NCBI GenBank assembly: GCA_003614145.1 | Contig: KZ987729.1 | Location: forward strand, 1-53,913 | Source: Piptocephalis cylindrospora | Lineage: Eukaryota | DNA: 53,913 bases | Direction: 5' to 3' | Part shown: piece after piece, positions 1-11,816 of the stretch | Numbering within the stretch: the first letter of the stretch is position 1 | How the letters are laid out: each line of letters begins with the position of its first letter | Made by a program: the position numbers and the translations under genes | Notes under the pieces: generated by a model | What the model was told of the DNA's origin: nothing | The model's database searches: none | Seen by the model: only the letters and a program-made list of their open reading frames with translations

Positions 1-36
1 GTCTCGTTCTCAATGTGTTGTCTGTCTTCGCATCAT

Positions 37-787
37 ATCACCCTATCTATGATCTCTGGATAAGCGTCTCGAATACGATATATACGACATTGTTTAGATA
101 CAGGAAGAGCCTTTGACGACACTATTCTCCTCTCCAAGGAGGATACTGAAGAGATGAAGGTAAAGGATTCGAAGCGCCCTGCCTCCATCGCCTCCTCCTT
201 GATGGTCAGTAAGCTGGATGGTCATGGTGGATCCCTTCCCCTAGGGGTTCACTCCATGGCCGAGGCCCTCCTACGCTTCTTGGAAGCTCTTCCCGAACCT
301 GTCATTCCTTTTTCCCTGTACGGAAAATGCATCTCCTTGGGGATGAAGGGAAATAAGGTTCAGGCTGCTGAGGTAAGGAGGATGAGATGAGCACTTTTTT
401 CATCCGACTCACTCATTTCCTTCCTTTTTCTACCACCTAGGCCCTTGAGGTACTACCAAGATCTCACCTCAATGTTTTTACCTACCTCGTCTCCTTTCTT
501 CGAGAAATCATTTGGAGCAGTGGACATGCGGATGCCCAAAAGTTGGATAAAATGGGTAGGTCAGGAAACGGATAAGGATAGATCACGGCTGTCTCGCCTG
601 TAAACATCATGCACTAACGGGAATTATATATATGGGGTGCTTAGCGTCCATCTTCTCGGCTGTCCTTCTTCGCCCACGAGATCCTCAACATTTCTACGAT
701 AAGTTCGCGACTGGAGCAGCCAAGAAACAATTCCTCCTTTACTGGCTGGAACCTGGGGACGACAGCGCGCTCGAGGCCACGGAGTAG
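37..787 (+). CDS. 3' half (RhoGAP-like domain) of OCRL/INPP5B inositol polyphosphate 5-phosphatase, on the opposite strand to the 5' half
   Basis: Exons ~37-372, 441-555, 645-787 with GT-AG introns translate to ...RYIRHCLDTG...HSMAEALLRFLEALPEPVIPF...HLNVFTYLVSFLREII...ASIFSAVLLRP...*. This matches the OCRL C-terminus (IIDCLDT...HSVAEALLIFLEALPEPVI). In-frame TAA at 61-63. Confidence 0.88.
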
Positions 788-1236
788 TAGTTGGACATGA
801 ATACCCTCTCGGATGGTGGAATGAGGTGAATGTGAATGTAGGGAAAGAGGGAAAAGATCGAGCATGGTGCTGCCCATCAATGGCCATAGTCATCTGAACC
901 CTGATACGTATCAATACTATACCAGTAGGCATAGAATAGAAAGGGTCATCAGAGTTTGTCTATATAGGACTGACCTAATTTACCATCCTTGCCATGCACC
1001 TTCTCACTCTAGTCATGCAAGGAACAAAGGGATTATGGACGGCACACAAAGGACGATCATTTCCGTACTTGACACCCCTACCACCTAGCCTCTTCTCCCT
1101 CTCTTTCTCGTCATAAATTCACCATCATCAGTAATATATCATTTCATTTTCCATCATTCCACCATCCACGCCCTGTCCTAAGCCTGGACGACAAGTCGGC
1201 CCAGGAGGAAAGGGCAGTACCACCACGATGACGGCT

Positions 1237-1446
1237 CTAATGTTGCTCGGCCTTGTGGGAAACCGAGGCATGGGACGAGTGATCATTCTGTTGGGAAAAA
1301 TGCTCCCAGGTGCAATAGGCAGCAAAGGCGACGGTAGCAATGCCCAAGCCGGGGAAGAGGTTTCGCACCTGGTTTTTAAAGGAGAAAACGGGATGTCTCC
1401 TCCAGGACTCCACGCGATCCCAAGGGTCATTGGCCGGAGGGCGGAT
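1237..1446 (-). CDS. NDUFB3: NADH:ubiquinone oxidoreductase subunit B12/NDUFB3 (no ATG; ATC at the expected start)
   Basis: DPWDRVESWRRHPVFS...RNLFPGLGIATVAFAAYCTWE is the characteristic NDUFB3 signature (DPW..E.WR, FPG.G..TM helix), followed by a His-rich tail and a stop at 1237-1239. Confidence 0.85.
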   Translation of the reverse strand: MRPPANDPWDRVESWRRHPVFSFKNQVRNLFPGLGIATVAFAAYCTWEHFSQQNDHSSHASVSHKAEQH

Positions 1447-1500
1447 AGCGAAAAATGAGTGAAGAGTAACCGGTGCCTGTCTCTTACTTGGCCTATATAC

Positions 1501-4500
1501 CTTGCTGGTTGCGTGCTGGAAGAGGTAGTCGCACATCCGCCATAGCTCCCGTGGGATGGACAAACGTTGCTCCGAGGGCCACACGCTTACAGATCCTTCC
1601 AGGGAAGGGCACCGAATGGCCGAGGAAAGCCGTACAAGCCTCTCCAATGGCTGGGCAAAGCACGTAGGAGCCCATTGCCCCGAGACGTGGATGAAACAAT
1701 CCTTCCCGTTCTCCAGATGAAGAATCAGGATATCCTCCAGTGTATCCTGCTCAAGGTTGAGGCTAGAGGCCTGATCATCCTCCACCAATACACGAACTTC
1801 CACCTCCAATGACTTTCCTATATATATGAAGATTCAAGGGGTGAATGAGAAGGGCGGGGTGGAATGGAATGGGTTCAGTTAGTTTGGATCTTTCATCTTC
1901 ATCCCTTTCCCAGATAATTTAACGCTTATTCGCAGTGTAAAGAGGGAAATAATGCAATACAGGCCAGAAGTCCCAATCTTACCTGGCAATACAATCCCAG
2001 TAGGAGGGTTGACCCAGAGCCAAGGCTTGCAAATCCCCGTCTCATCCTGCTTGGGGATAAACCGATACTGAACCGTTACCTAATTGTTCCATTTCCATGG
2101 AAATGTGAGTAGTAATGGCCTGTGGAAAGAGAAGAACAGGGTACGGGAACAAGGGAATGGTCATCCCCATCATCTTGTCCAAGTACACTCCCTTTAATCA
2201 CCTACCTTCCCAGTATTTTTAATCACAAGGGATTGCGACATTGGGGTAAGATACTCCACTTGACCCAGATCGATGGCATTCTTATCCACGGCCGCATCAG
2301 GGATTCGTTCATTCTCCATCCGGTCTAGCTGTCGGACGATGCTAGCCTGAACCTGAGATCGTTGATGCTCATTGACTGAACGGAGTTGAAGGGAAAATGT
2401 TGCGCTGACGGGCTTGTGATCACTCATGGAGAAGCTCATGTGAGAGGTATAGGAGGATAGCTTGATCCGGTGCTCATCTCCTTCCAGGGGCGTTCGCCAC
2501 AATATACGATCACACCATGCTGGAAGTCGTCTCTTTTCACTGGTTCAGGGCCCAAGAGAAGGGTGAGTAATTTATATAGGAGTTCCCGTCCAGGGGATCA
2601 ACTCAGCTTGTTACGGCTAAGCCTATATTGTAGCTTACCTTGTGTCAAATTGATTGGTGCCAATGTCGTACTTGTACGTTGGACAAAATTCCACTTCTCC
2701 TTCCTTAAAACCCTCAAACACCCTCCCAGCCTTTATCTCCATTGCAAGCTAATGTTGGCGCGAATTAGGCGTAGCATATAGAGTGAGTTCACAAGTAAAG
2801 AATGAAGATTCCCCTCTCCCTTCAAGAAGTATATACCTGATCAAATTCTAGGACGGAAGGGTAGCTCCCCGAATCCAGTAAGGGGCGCAACTTTGCCTCA
2901 GGAAGATTGATTCGATAATTTAAATCGCCCATCCAAAAGATAAAGCTACCCACAAGGACGGGGGCGAGGAGAAGAAAGGGGGATAAAAAGTAGATTTAGC
3001 GATGAGATGGACAGGTAAGAAGCACAGAGAAAATCGCAATGAAGAACCTACTTGTGAAGATGAACGTTGGATGGAGGAGGAGATGGGAGCATGGGAGGAT
3101 CACTCCGAGCCTTGGACCGGCTCTTCGTCAGGATTCGCTTTATGAGACTGGAATCGTTATACGTGCCGCCAGGGAGTAAGGGAGAGAGGATTCCACCGGA
3201 GCCCTCTACTATCTCAGTTTTCCCTCCTGATCCGGAAGTATTGGCCCCAAAGGCCGTGGAATCTGGCGAAAAGATCATTCGACGACAAATCTCATCATAG
3301 TTTTGATTCCGCCGTTCCGTTTGTCCCTGGTCTGCGGCAAGATGTGAATTGACAAAGCACAGGAGGGTATTGCGCCATTGAAGGCGGATGGCTACCCCTC
3401 CCTTGTTCCCCATTCGGCCCATGATACCGCACCCAGCACTGGCAGTGGACACCTCTCGTACGCTTGAAGCATGTTCTTCCTTGATATAAACTAGGAGCAG
3501 CATACCAATCAGTTGTTTGGACGTGACCTGAATATTTCCATTAGGGATGAGAAGTAAGTGAGATTAAAAGCTTGGGAAAGAGGTATATGCTCTCACCACC
3601 CCACATGGGTTTTGGACCTTACCTTGATGTAGTCCGTTGTGTGCTTCTCCAGGGCCTTCTCCACCATTTGACACCAATGGTCCTCACGCATTTTATCATC
3701 AACAAGATAGGCCTCGGTGGTCAAGTCCATCTCCTGAAGGCTTTTGGAAGGAAGGAGAGGGAGAGGGGAGGATCGGTTGAGCCGTTATTCGGGTTTACCC
3801 TATCTTTAATTGCAAAATAAAGTGGAAAGCCAGCTTACCCAAGGACGATAAGATCTGGTTCTGAGCTTCCTATCCTCAGCCATTCATCCAAATCCTCAGT
3901 GATCCATCGGCCATTGACATTCCAAGTACCAATAGCAATTTGCACGTTTTCCCAGGAACAATATTCCTTCTCGCGACGGATCATCTCCATGGACACCCAG
4001 TCTTGCTTCACTTGAGAAGCTTCCTCATCCATATCCAATGCATGAGACCCTGTTTCAAATGGTAAAGAGGAATCACGAGAGGAGGACGAGTCCGTACCAT
4101 CAGGGTTACTTTGAGGGGGGGAAGGTGACTTTACTCCGTGACTCTTTTCCCCTTTTCTTGCCTCATCTGGAATATAGCGGGTTTTAAGGGACATGACGAA
4201 CTTTAATTCCTTGAATAATCTCTGTATGATACACTGCACTTACCTGGCATGGATGGGGAGTTAGGCTCGTAGAAGGACATCCATTGATGGGAGAAGCTGT
4301 CAAATAACCATCCACGAGTCTCTGCGTTTCCATGAGTGTGCTATTGGTTAATTGGGAGGATAATTGATCCATGCTCCTGGCTCTACCTCCCCACTTACGC
4401 GCCACTTCCGCTAGTCTTTGAAGTTCGGTCATGAGCGGCTGTACACTATTCATGGCCTTGAACCCTAGGGAATATTCCTTTCCACGGCTTTTTAAGATAA

Positions 4501-5262
4501 GTAGAAAATCTGAATGGTTTTGTTTAGACCGTAGCAAGGGGATTACAGGATAGGTAAATGAAGGATTAAATGATCACACAGTCAAGGATGCAATAGGGTA
4601 CCTGACTTTGATTCGGCAATGGACTTTTCATCTTCCAGATTAACGGCTTTGGATTGAGCTTGCGGTTTTCAAGACAGCATGGTGGGATAGAGATGTATGG
4701 GGAAGGTTAGAAGGGGAATCTAAGGGGCTGGAACGGGATAGACCATCGTTCATCCTTATCCAAAGGGAGGATATAGCGAATTCCCATATAGAAAGACTTA
4801 CTGACGGATATGCGAAAGTCATAGTCTACGGCCATGGTTTCTCGTACAATTGGGCCCGTGAGGTCTTGCGAGATAAGGAATACGCTATAGGGCATATGTG
4901 CAAAGTAGACGACAGGTCCAGTTCATGGGAAGGGTCAGTGGTCTTGAAAGGGGTTCCCATCTTGTGTAAGAATATGTCTTTATATCCCATTTGATTCTCT
5001 ACTCCCGCACCTACCCAGCTTCTTCTGCCTCCCTGGGCCTACTCGTGATGACAGCAACGATGCGCTCCGCCGAGCCTTGCAGTAGACCTTGGGTAACCAG
5101 ATTGACTAGAAGGGCCATCAGGACAGAGGAAGATGAGGAGTTGATGAGCATAAAAATCAGATATTCCCAGATATACCCTACAGGGTGGGAAGAGTAAGAT
5201 AACATACGGGTCTCTTTAGGCCGAAGGAGCTTTCGAACACGTCCGGCAAGCAAGTCCTCCAT
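1501..5262 (-). CDS. OCRL/INPP5B-type inositol polyphosphate 5-phosphatase, 5' half (PH-like, 5-phosphatase, ASH, start of RhoGAP), multi-exon
   Basis: Motifs [57 protein letters not shown], then the ASH segment (ILHLENGKD) and [13 protein letters not shown]. Homology ends at ...HATSK followed by a GT donor at 1500. Confidence 0.92.
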
Positions 5263-6469
5263 CCGTTCGAATTGACTCGGGGGTTTATGGTGGTTAGTGG
5301 TTGACGGTTAAAGGCTACACAAAGGCGAATGTCGAGGAGCCAAGGAGAAGAGTGAAAGGCAAAGAGTTGAAGTATCGGTGAAGGAAGAAAAGATCAGGCT
5401 GGGGATGCGATGAACTGGGCGAGGGAATGAAATGAAAGCAAAGAGGGTGAACAAGACATGCCAAGTCACCTCCAAGTCCTCCCTCTCCTCCACTCATGCA
5501 CATCAGGTGTCGCCTCATGTGCACACTCCGCCACCCTGTCCAGTGTGAGGATCATGCCCGCCCTGACCATCTCCCCACTTGAAGCGTGAATGAAGCTATT
5601 CCGAGGACTTGTAGGAGACAGGTCTAGGGAGACTTATCGTTGTCCCCCGTCTTTTAATGGTAACAATAATTACTGTCTTGAATACCCTAGAAAGTAGCAT
5701 GAACCCCTGCCAGACCCAAATCGTGCACGGACATGGTCGTGATTTAGATAAACCCTCATGGTTCATTGATGGACGACAGGGGTTCGGGTACGATAAGAAT
5801 GATGGCACTTATACCAACACACGGTAATTCCTAATTGTCTCCTCTTTCTCTTTAAACTCGGCTCCATGGTGACTACACACATCTAATGATTTGTGTTTCT
5901 TATAGAGTAGCCTTCATGGGAAGATCTGAATAGGGCCTAAAGATAAATATGAATCAGCAATAAGTTTTGTACTTTCTAGACTATTGAGCTTTGGTATTGT
6001 CTGATTCTGAGATTGCAGAATATTGAGGAAGTGATGATTTGCATCAGGGTCCCTACATTCCCTACGCCCTAAGAGGGGTGGTAGTGGCTTGATCTTGGCA
6101 CAAGTGGTAGTAAGTTCATCAGAATAAGCGGAGATGCCGCCTGAGATTCAACTCCGCTCTCAGCACCCTCTTATGACCAGAGAATCATGAGGTGTCGGGC
6201 CAGGAGCGGGCTGGAGCCTCCAACTCTGATCAGAGACGACCTTGTCCTTCTCAAACTGTTTGATGAGGTAAAGCGGATGGAGTTGTCCGTAATCTCTGCA
6301 CGCTAGCTCTACTTCTTCCCTTCCTCCTCTCATCGTGTGATCCTTTTTACCTTTCCGCCTGGCAACTTATCTAGGGCCTCCCCTTGCACTCGACCTCCCT
6401 AACATATTCTCTCAGCGCCTGGCCCTGCCTTTCCCTTCTCTCGTATCAGATATCCCCACGTCCGCTCCA

Positions 6470-9400
6470 ATGGATTGGGATGCTTTTTACGCTCAATGTC
6501 CACGTTAGTACCCTTTTTTCCTGAAATGGCCACCAAGTAGCCAAGCTATGGTAGCTTTTCATCCTGATCTAGCTTTCTCTGTAACCTCATTCTTCTTATA
6601 GAGGTTGGAACATGGATGGATGAGGACTACCTAATTAAGGAGGAGGCCCTTCGAGGAGGCCGACACCTCATCTTCCCAGGGATGAGTAAGGTGGGCAATC
6701 CAGTCGCTTTAAAGTTCTTCTCCCGACCCCTCCTGTTTAATGTTGAGCTGGATCTACTCAAGAAGATCAAGAGCCCAGTAAGTGAAGATCTCATGGAGGG
6801 ATTTTCCATCGTGTGCCACCGAAAGCAACTAGAGCGCTTTCCTTTTTTACTTGTGGAAGACGATCTGTTTACGAAATCTCGACTCATCATTTCTCCTTAT
6901 GTCGTTTCCTTATAGAACGTAATTCGTTTACTCGATTATATGGGGGTGGAGGAGCAGGAAGAGGAAGAGAGATCTTGCCTCTATCCGCCTTACTTGGTTC
7001 TCGAATATGGTCAAGGGGATCTGGAGATTTACTTGGAAAGGAACCATCCTTTATCTTTGGAGATGATCAAGTCAATTTTCATTGTAAGTAGCCAGAGAAT
7101 GACTGCTTTATTAAATTTACTTTCTCCTTTGACTTACAGTTTATTATTTCTTTGATCTCTCCTCCTTCCTTCTGGTGGCGTTTCATGGAATTTGGAGAAA
7201 ATCTAGCAAGTACTGCATGGGGTCCAGGCATGCCATGCTGCTAGAGTAGGTATGATGAATATCCCCTTTGGGTGCGGGAAGGATAATGGCTAAAGCGGCT
7301 GAGATGCAATCTGGGTCTAATTATACCATGATCCCCGGTCTAGTTCATGGAGATATTAAGCCACGGAATGTCATGCTTTTTGATGCCTCTATCCTTTCAC
7401 CGGGAATGTGGAAGATCATTGATTTTGATGCTGCTTCTGAGTATGTCACCCTTTCTTAAGCCTATTTTCTCATCTGATGTTCTAGTCTTTCTTTCTAACC
7501 GACTTTACCTAGGTTTGATGCGCTTGTAGATGCAGCCACCCCTCCATATTGTGCTCCAGAAATCGTTCAGGCTAGCTGTGAGGATTCTACTATCTTGGCC
7601 CATCCATCGCAGGATGTATACTCCTTAGGAATGCTACTCAAGCGAATGTACTTGGGACCGACATTCAACGTCGATGAAGAGCCTCCTCTTCCGGGGAGTT
7701 CGACCTTTGAGAAGCAAGGGCTAAAGACCTTTGGAATGGAGCAGATGAGGGAGAGTAAATCAAGGATGAATGGCCACCCACCTACGCGAAATATGATCAG
7801 CCGCATGACACAAGAAGCATCAAAAAATCGGATTAGCCTTGATGATGTTCTGGTAGGTGCAGGGAAAACAAAATGCGCATAACTTTTCATTCTTGTCGTA
7901 ACTTACAATGCACCTTTTGCGCCATAGTCCTCCAGCTATATAAACTCCAGTATGGACACCTTGTCCTTGCATGATTTGAGGATCCACACTGTCAGAGAGA
8001 AAAAGGGTATGAGTGTGGATGATTTGCCAAGTACGCTGCATAGGTAATAAGGGGGAGAGAGAAAGAAAAGTTTGGAGAGTCATTTGCATTGTATCTCTTA
8101 TCCATATATCCATTCGGAGAGGAGATTTTTAGTAACACGGTGGGCCAAGTATCCCGTATCAAGTCTTCGACTCATCTTCCCATCCCTGAGAGGAATTGGG
8201 GGAAGGGTGAATTAATTAACCACGCTGACCTCGCCAGTTTTTGGGGATCGCATGCCTGGGGCTATAGTGTGGATATGGATGAGCTTTTGGTCGGGATGGA
8301 AGTCCACTTTCTCTCTACGAAAACAACCTTTCCAACCGGAAAGGATATTAAGATGGGGAAAGTGCGAAGGATCCTTGATCCAGAGGGCCTGGGAAAGGTG
8401 AGCGTGTTGAAGGCTAACATGGCTTTCCCCTCGACCCAACCGATTGTCACTATACCAGAGCATCTTTACCTTCTGAGTCACTTTCACGAGCTTTTCTATA
8501 TGATGTGGTAAGTTATTGGGTAAAGGGATGAGATAATTGACCAGTTGAGCGTTTATATATATCTTATCCTCTTTTCTGCTACTATTACTATTAGGCATGA
8601 TACATGGACAGGGCTTGCAGAAAAGCTCTCTCTGTACTATTGCCATTGTCTCTTTTACCGCAGGAGTATTCGTAGCTATCATCAGCGAGTACGGGATGAG
8701 CTGCGTCTGATGAGGAGAGAGAGCTTTCAGAAGGAGCATTGGGAAATGGCCAAAAGTCTACTTCGTGGAGTGCAACAGCCCAATCATCCCTTTAAAGGTG
8801 CATATCAATCCTTTTGTGATGCTAATCCAAAGATAAGACGAGGTGAAGAAGTCTTTTGCCTTATTTCCACTCTGGTAAACGAAGGCTTCCCCGCGAGCCC
8901 GGTAAGCAATATGATCTTAATGGCATGGCTTTTAAAGGGGTGAATGACCAGACATACGGGAATGTTGATGATCCACAGCAACTCACTCTCCCTTGTATAC
9001 GTGTGGGTATATGTATCCGGAATAGACGCAGCTCCAAAACTTCCAACGACGTTTCCTTCTCCTGACGATGCAGGAGGAGAAGACGGGGACAGCATACGTG
9101 GGCGTATCTTTTATCAAATTGGACGCCGGGGATGCTTCCATGCTATGGTCCCTGTGGAGCGAAAGCCGTAATGGGCTAGCTCATGGAAATAAGCAGCATA
9201 ACGAAGGAGGTGGGAATGCAATGGCGCCATGGTGTGAACCTTTCGTGAATCAGGTCATCCTTACCGGTCCTTCCTCAGCCCATATTCACCAAATTCTTGG
9301 TATGCCCTTACGATGTACGCTCGACTTAGTGGTCTGCCAGTTGTTCGGCCTCGGCCATCCTTGCCAACCTTTTGAGGGATATCGGTTAATTGTACGGGAA

Positions 9401-11641
9401 CTCAATCTGATCCTCCCAGGCTGGGGTAACTGGATACGGGAGGGTGGGGCCATGAATTCAGGAGCATGTATGCCCTACCGGTCCCCTTTCCATGATCTCT
9501 CCATCTATTGTGCCTATTTTGGTCGAGGAATAGGGCCAGGGGAAGTAGGACGGAAAGATATACTAGCGTCCCTGGTGGCCACCCAGATGTCTCAGTTCCA
9601 TCATGGTTTACGTCTAAGTTTGTCCAACGGGGCCGCCACCTGGGAGGATGATGTCGAGGGTGTTATAAAAGCTTTGGAGGAGGTAAAAAAGCCCGGGCTT
9701 GTTGACGCTATTTCTCTTTATGAAAGATTCATTAATCATCCTTGGAGGCGGCAGGGGGGGAGAGGTGAGGAAGAGGTTTCCAGGATATGCCGGGCTCTAA
9801 TCAAGGCTTGCTTTCGCTCTAGAGGAGCGTTGCCTCGGCTCATCCTATGTGAATTGGTTCTTCTCCTGGACTGTTCACACCCAGGAGTGCATGGACGCTT
9901 ACAACCGCTTCTTCGTGACCTTCAATGGATTCCGTACGCTCGGGCCCTTTTGGCCCTCTCTCTCCTGGCTTATGCTCCCCCTTCCGATGAGAATATTCCT
10001 GAAGGATGGTTGGAGACATGTGATTTACTTGCTCAGATTGTTGCGGTAAAGGAAAGTAAGGTCCTGGTCCCGCTTGAGTATTTTTCTCTTGTACTCATAG
10101 ACCGGGCTCGGAGAGAAGGATTGGATGAGCGGGTATGGGGAGACGTTCCTCGATACTCAAGGAGGCCAGGGTGTCCCTGGAGCGCTATTTTTCAAGGGGA
10201 GGACCCTGCCGGAAAGCAGGGTTCCGTGGTGGCAGGTAATCTAGGAGTGCATTCCTGGAAAGGGTTTTCGACAGAGCTGAAGTCTGCGATTAATGGAAAA
10301 AAGGGGGAAAAAGAGAGAGAAAAGGATGATGATGAGGAGGAGGGGTGGGAAAGTGATGCTGCACAATGGTCGGTCATGCTGAAAAAGCTTACTGGGATTA
10401 TGCGCCTTATTCTTACGCACAAAAAAGGGGAAGGGGCGGATACTGAGGATGGGAAACAGATGAAGAAAAAGGCTAATTCGGCATGGGACGATATTGTTGC
10501 GAGATATTGGGCTGACCTGAAGCGTGTCGAGGAAGTGGCGTTGGAGAAAGCGCAAGGATCAAGCGATCGGACCAAGGATGAGGATGGAGCGGCTATGTTG
10601 CTTGGTAGATGGGACCGAGAGAGCTCTGGGTTTCAATGGTCTAGGACAAGCAGATACCTTCTCGCTTACCGGTATATGTACCTTTCTTCCTCTCCTGAGG
10701 ATCAGTCAAGGGGAATTCAATATCTTGAGATCGCTGACGCTGACAAGGACTCAGTCATACAGTCGTACATCCAAGGCATTGGCCACTTTCTCCAGGCCCA
10801 TCGACTTTCACTTCGACAGGTTGAGGAAAAAGGAGAAAAGGAGGAGAAGGCAATCCTTAACCGCTTGTCTCTTTCGTCCTCCTGTGGATTTCCTTTGGCT
10901 ATGGCCCATCTAGCCTCCCGGCACTACCGGGTCTTCCATAAGTTGGAGGGGAGAAAACTTGATCAAGAACTACTGGACTGCATCTCCTTCACCAATCACG
11001 GCCCCTCTTTCCTTTACTTGGCATCTCTCCCTTTCCTGTGGGATCAATCAGTGCAGTGGTCCGAGCGTGCCTTGTTGGCTGGCAAGACAATGGGGTATTC
11101 TGGCGTCGCTAGATCCTTACTTCATGGGAAGGGTCAGCGGGAGGAGGGGAGCCCCTTTCAAGCCATGCTCCACTACCAAAGGGCCTTTTGGATGAGACCT
11201 TCCACGGAATTAAGCGTAGAAATTGTTCATACCTTCATGCGGATAGAGGGGGTACCATTCAGATGGTGGCTGGTACACTTGCTCTATGCGGCCCATGGAG
11301 GATCCAAGTCGGCCCTTGCCTTGGTGCAGTCTGTCTACTCAGCCAATTACACTTACACCAAGAGTACCAATTCCATGCTGCTCTTCACCTGGTACTTGCT
11401 CAAGGATTATAGTTCAGTGGTCTATCGCTTGTTTCAATCTTCGTTAGCTTCTCTTAATCTCCCTCCCTCGGCCTCTGAAACCCAATCCTCTACTGAGCCG
11501 CCTCTGGAAACTATTCCTGCTCAGGTGGAAATTGGGTACGATGAGTTTTATCGTCGAATGGTCCAATTTCATGGCACATCCGTGAATGTGGGGAAGTTAT
11601 TTACCCAAGGATCCATTCGTTTTTTAGCGCGGTACACATGA
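6470..11641 (+). CDS. Large (~1400 aa) multi-exon protein: atypical Ser/Thr kinase domain, helical middle region, degenerate Sel1/TPR-like repeats; start uncertain
   Basis: GT-AG introns give consistent phases from the kinase exons (VALKFF, LVLEYG, VHGDIKPRN, WKIIDFD, ATPPYCAPE, DVYSLG) through 8133-8507 and 8596-8901 into the long last exon 9027-11641. The C-terminus has Sel1-like segments (AMAHLA..Y, QWSERA..AG, AMLHYQRA, YAAHGG...A). Confidence 0.75.
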
Positions 11642-11816
11642 GATGGCTAGTGCGACCATAGGTTGAGAAGGCGAAAGGGATATATCAGGAGAATAAAAAC
11701 CGCCCAAAGATCTCTCTTTGGTTTTGAACAATGGTATGGATGAGAGAGGGGTACATGCTTCTGTTCTTCTATTTTTCCCAGAATTCGGTAGAGGCTTACG
11801 CCATCCCATGAAGGCG

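Noticed and set aside
6070..6173. tRNA-like or tRNA-Sec-like appearance (closing stem, TTCAA loop)
   Set aside because: No consistent D arm, anticodon arm or T arm can be drawn; kept only as a generic stem.
6187..6267. Possible first exon of the kinase gene (MRCRARSG...)
   Set aside because: Its phase (0) does not fit the more plausible phase-1 reading of the next exons unless an alternative acceptor is used.
8212..8739. 175-aa minus-strand ORF
   Set aside because: Antisense shadow of kinase-gene exons, with no recognisable motif.
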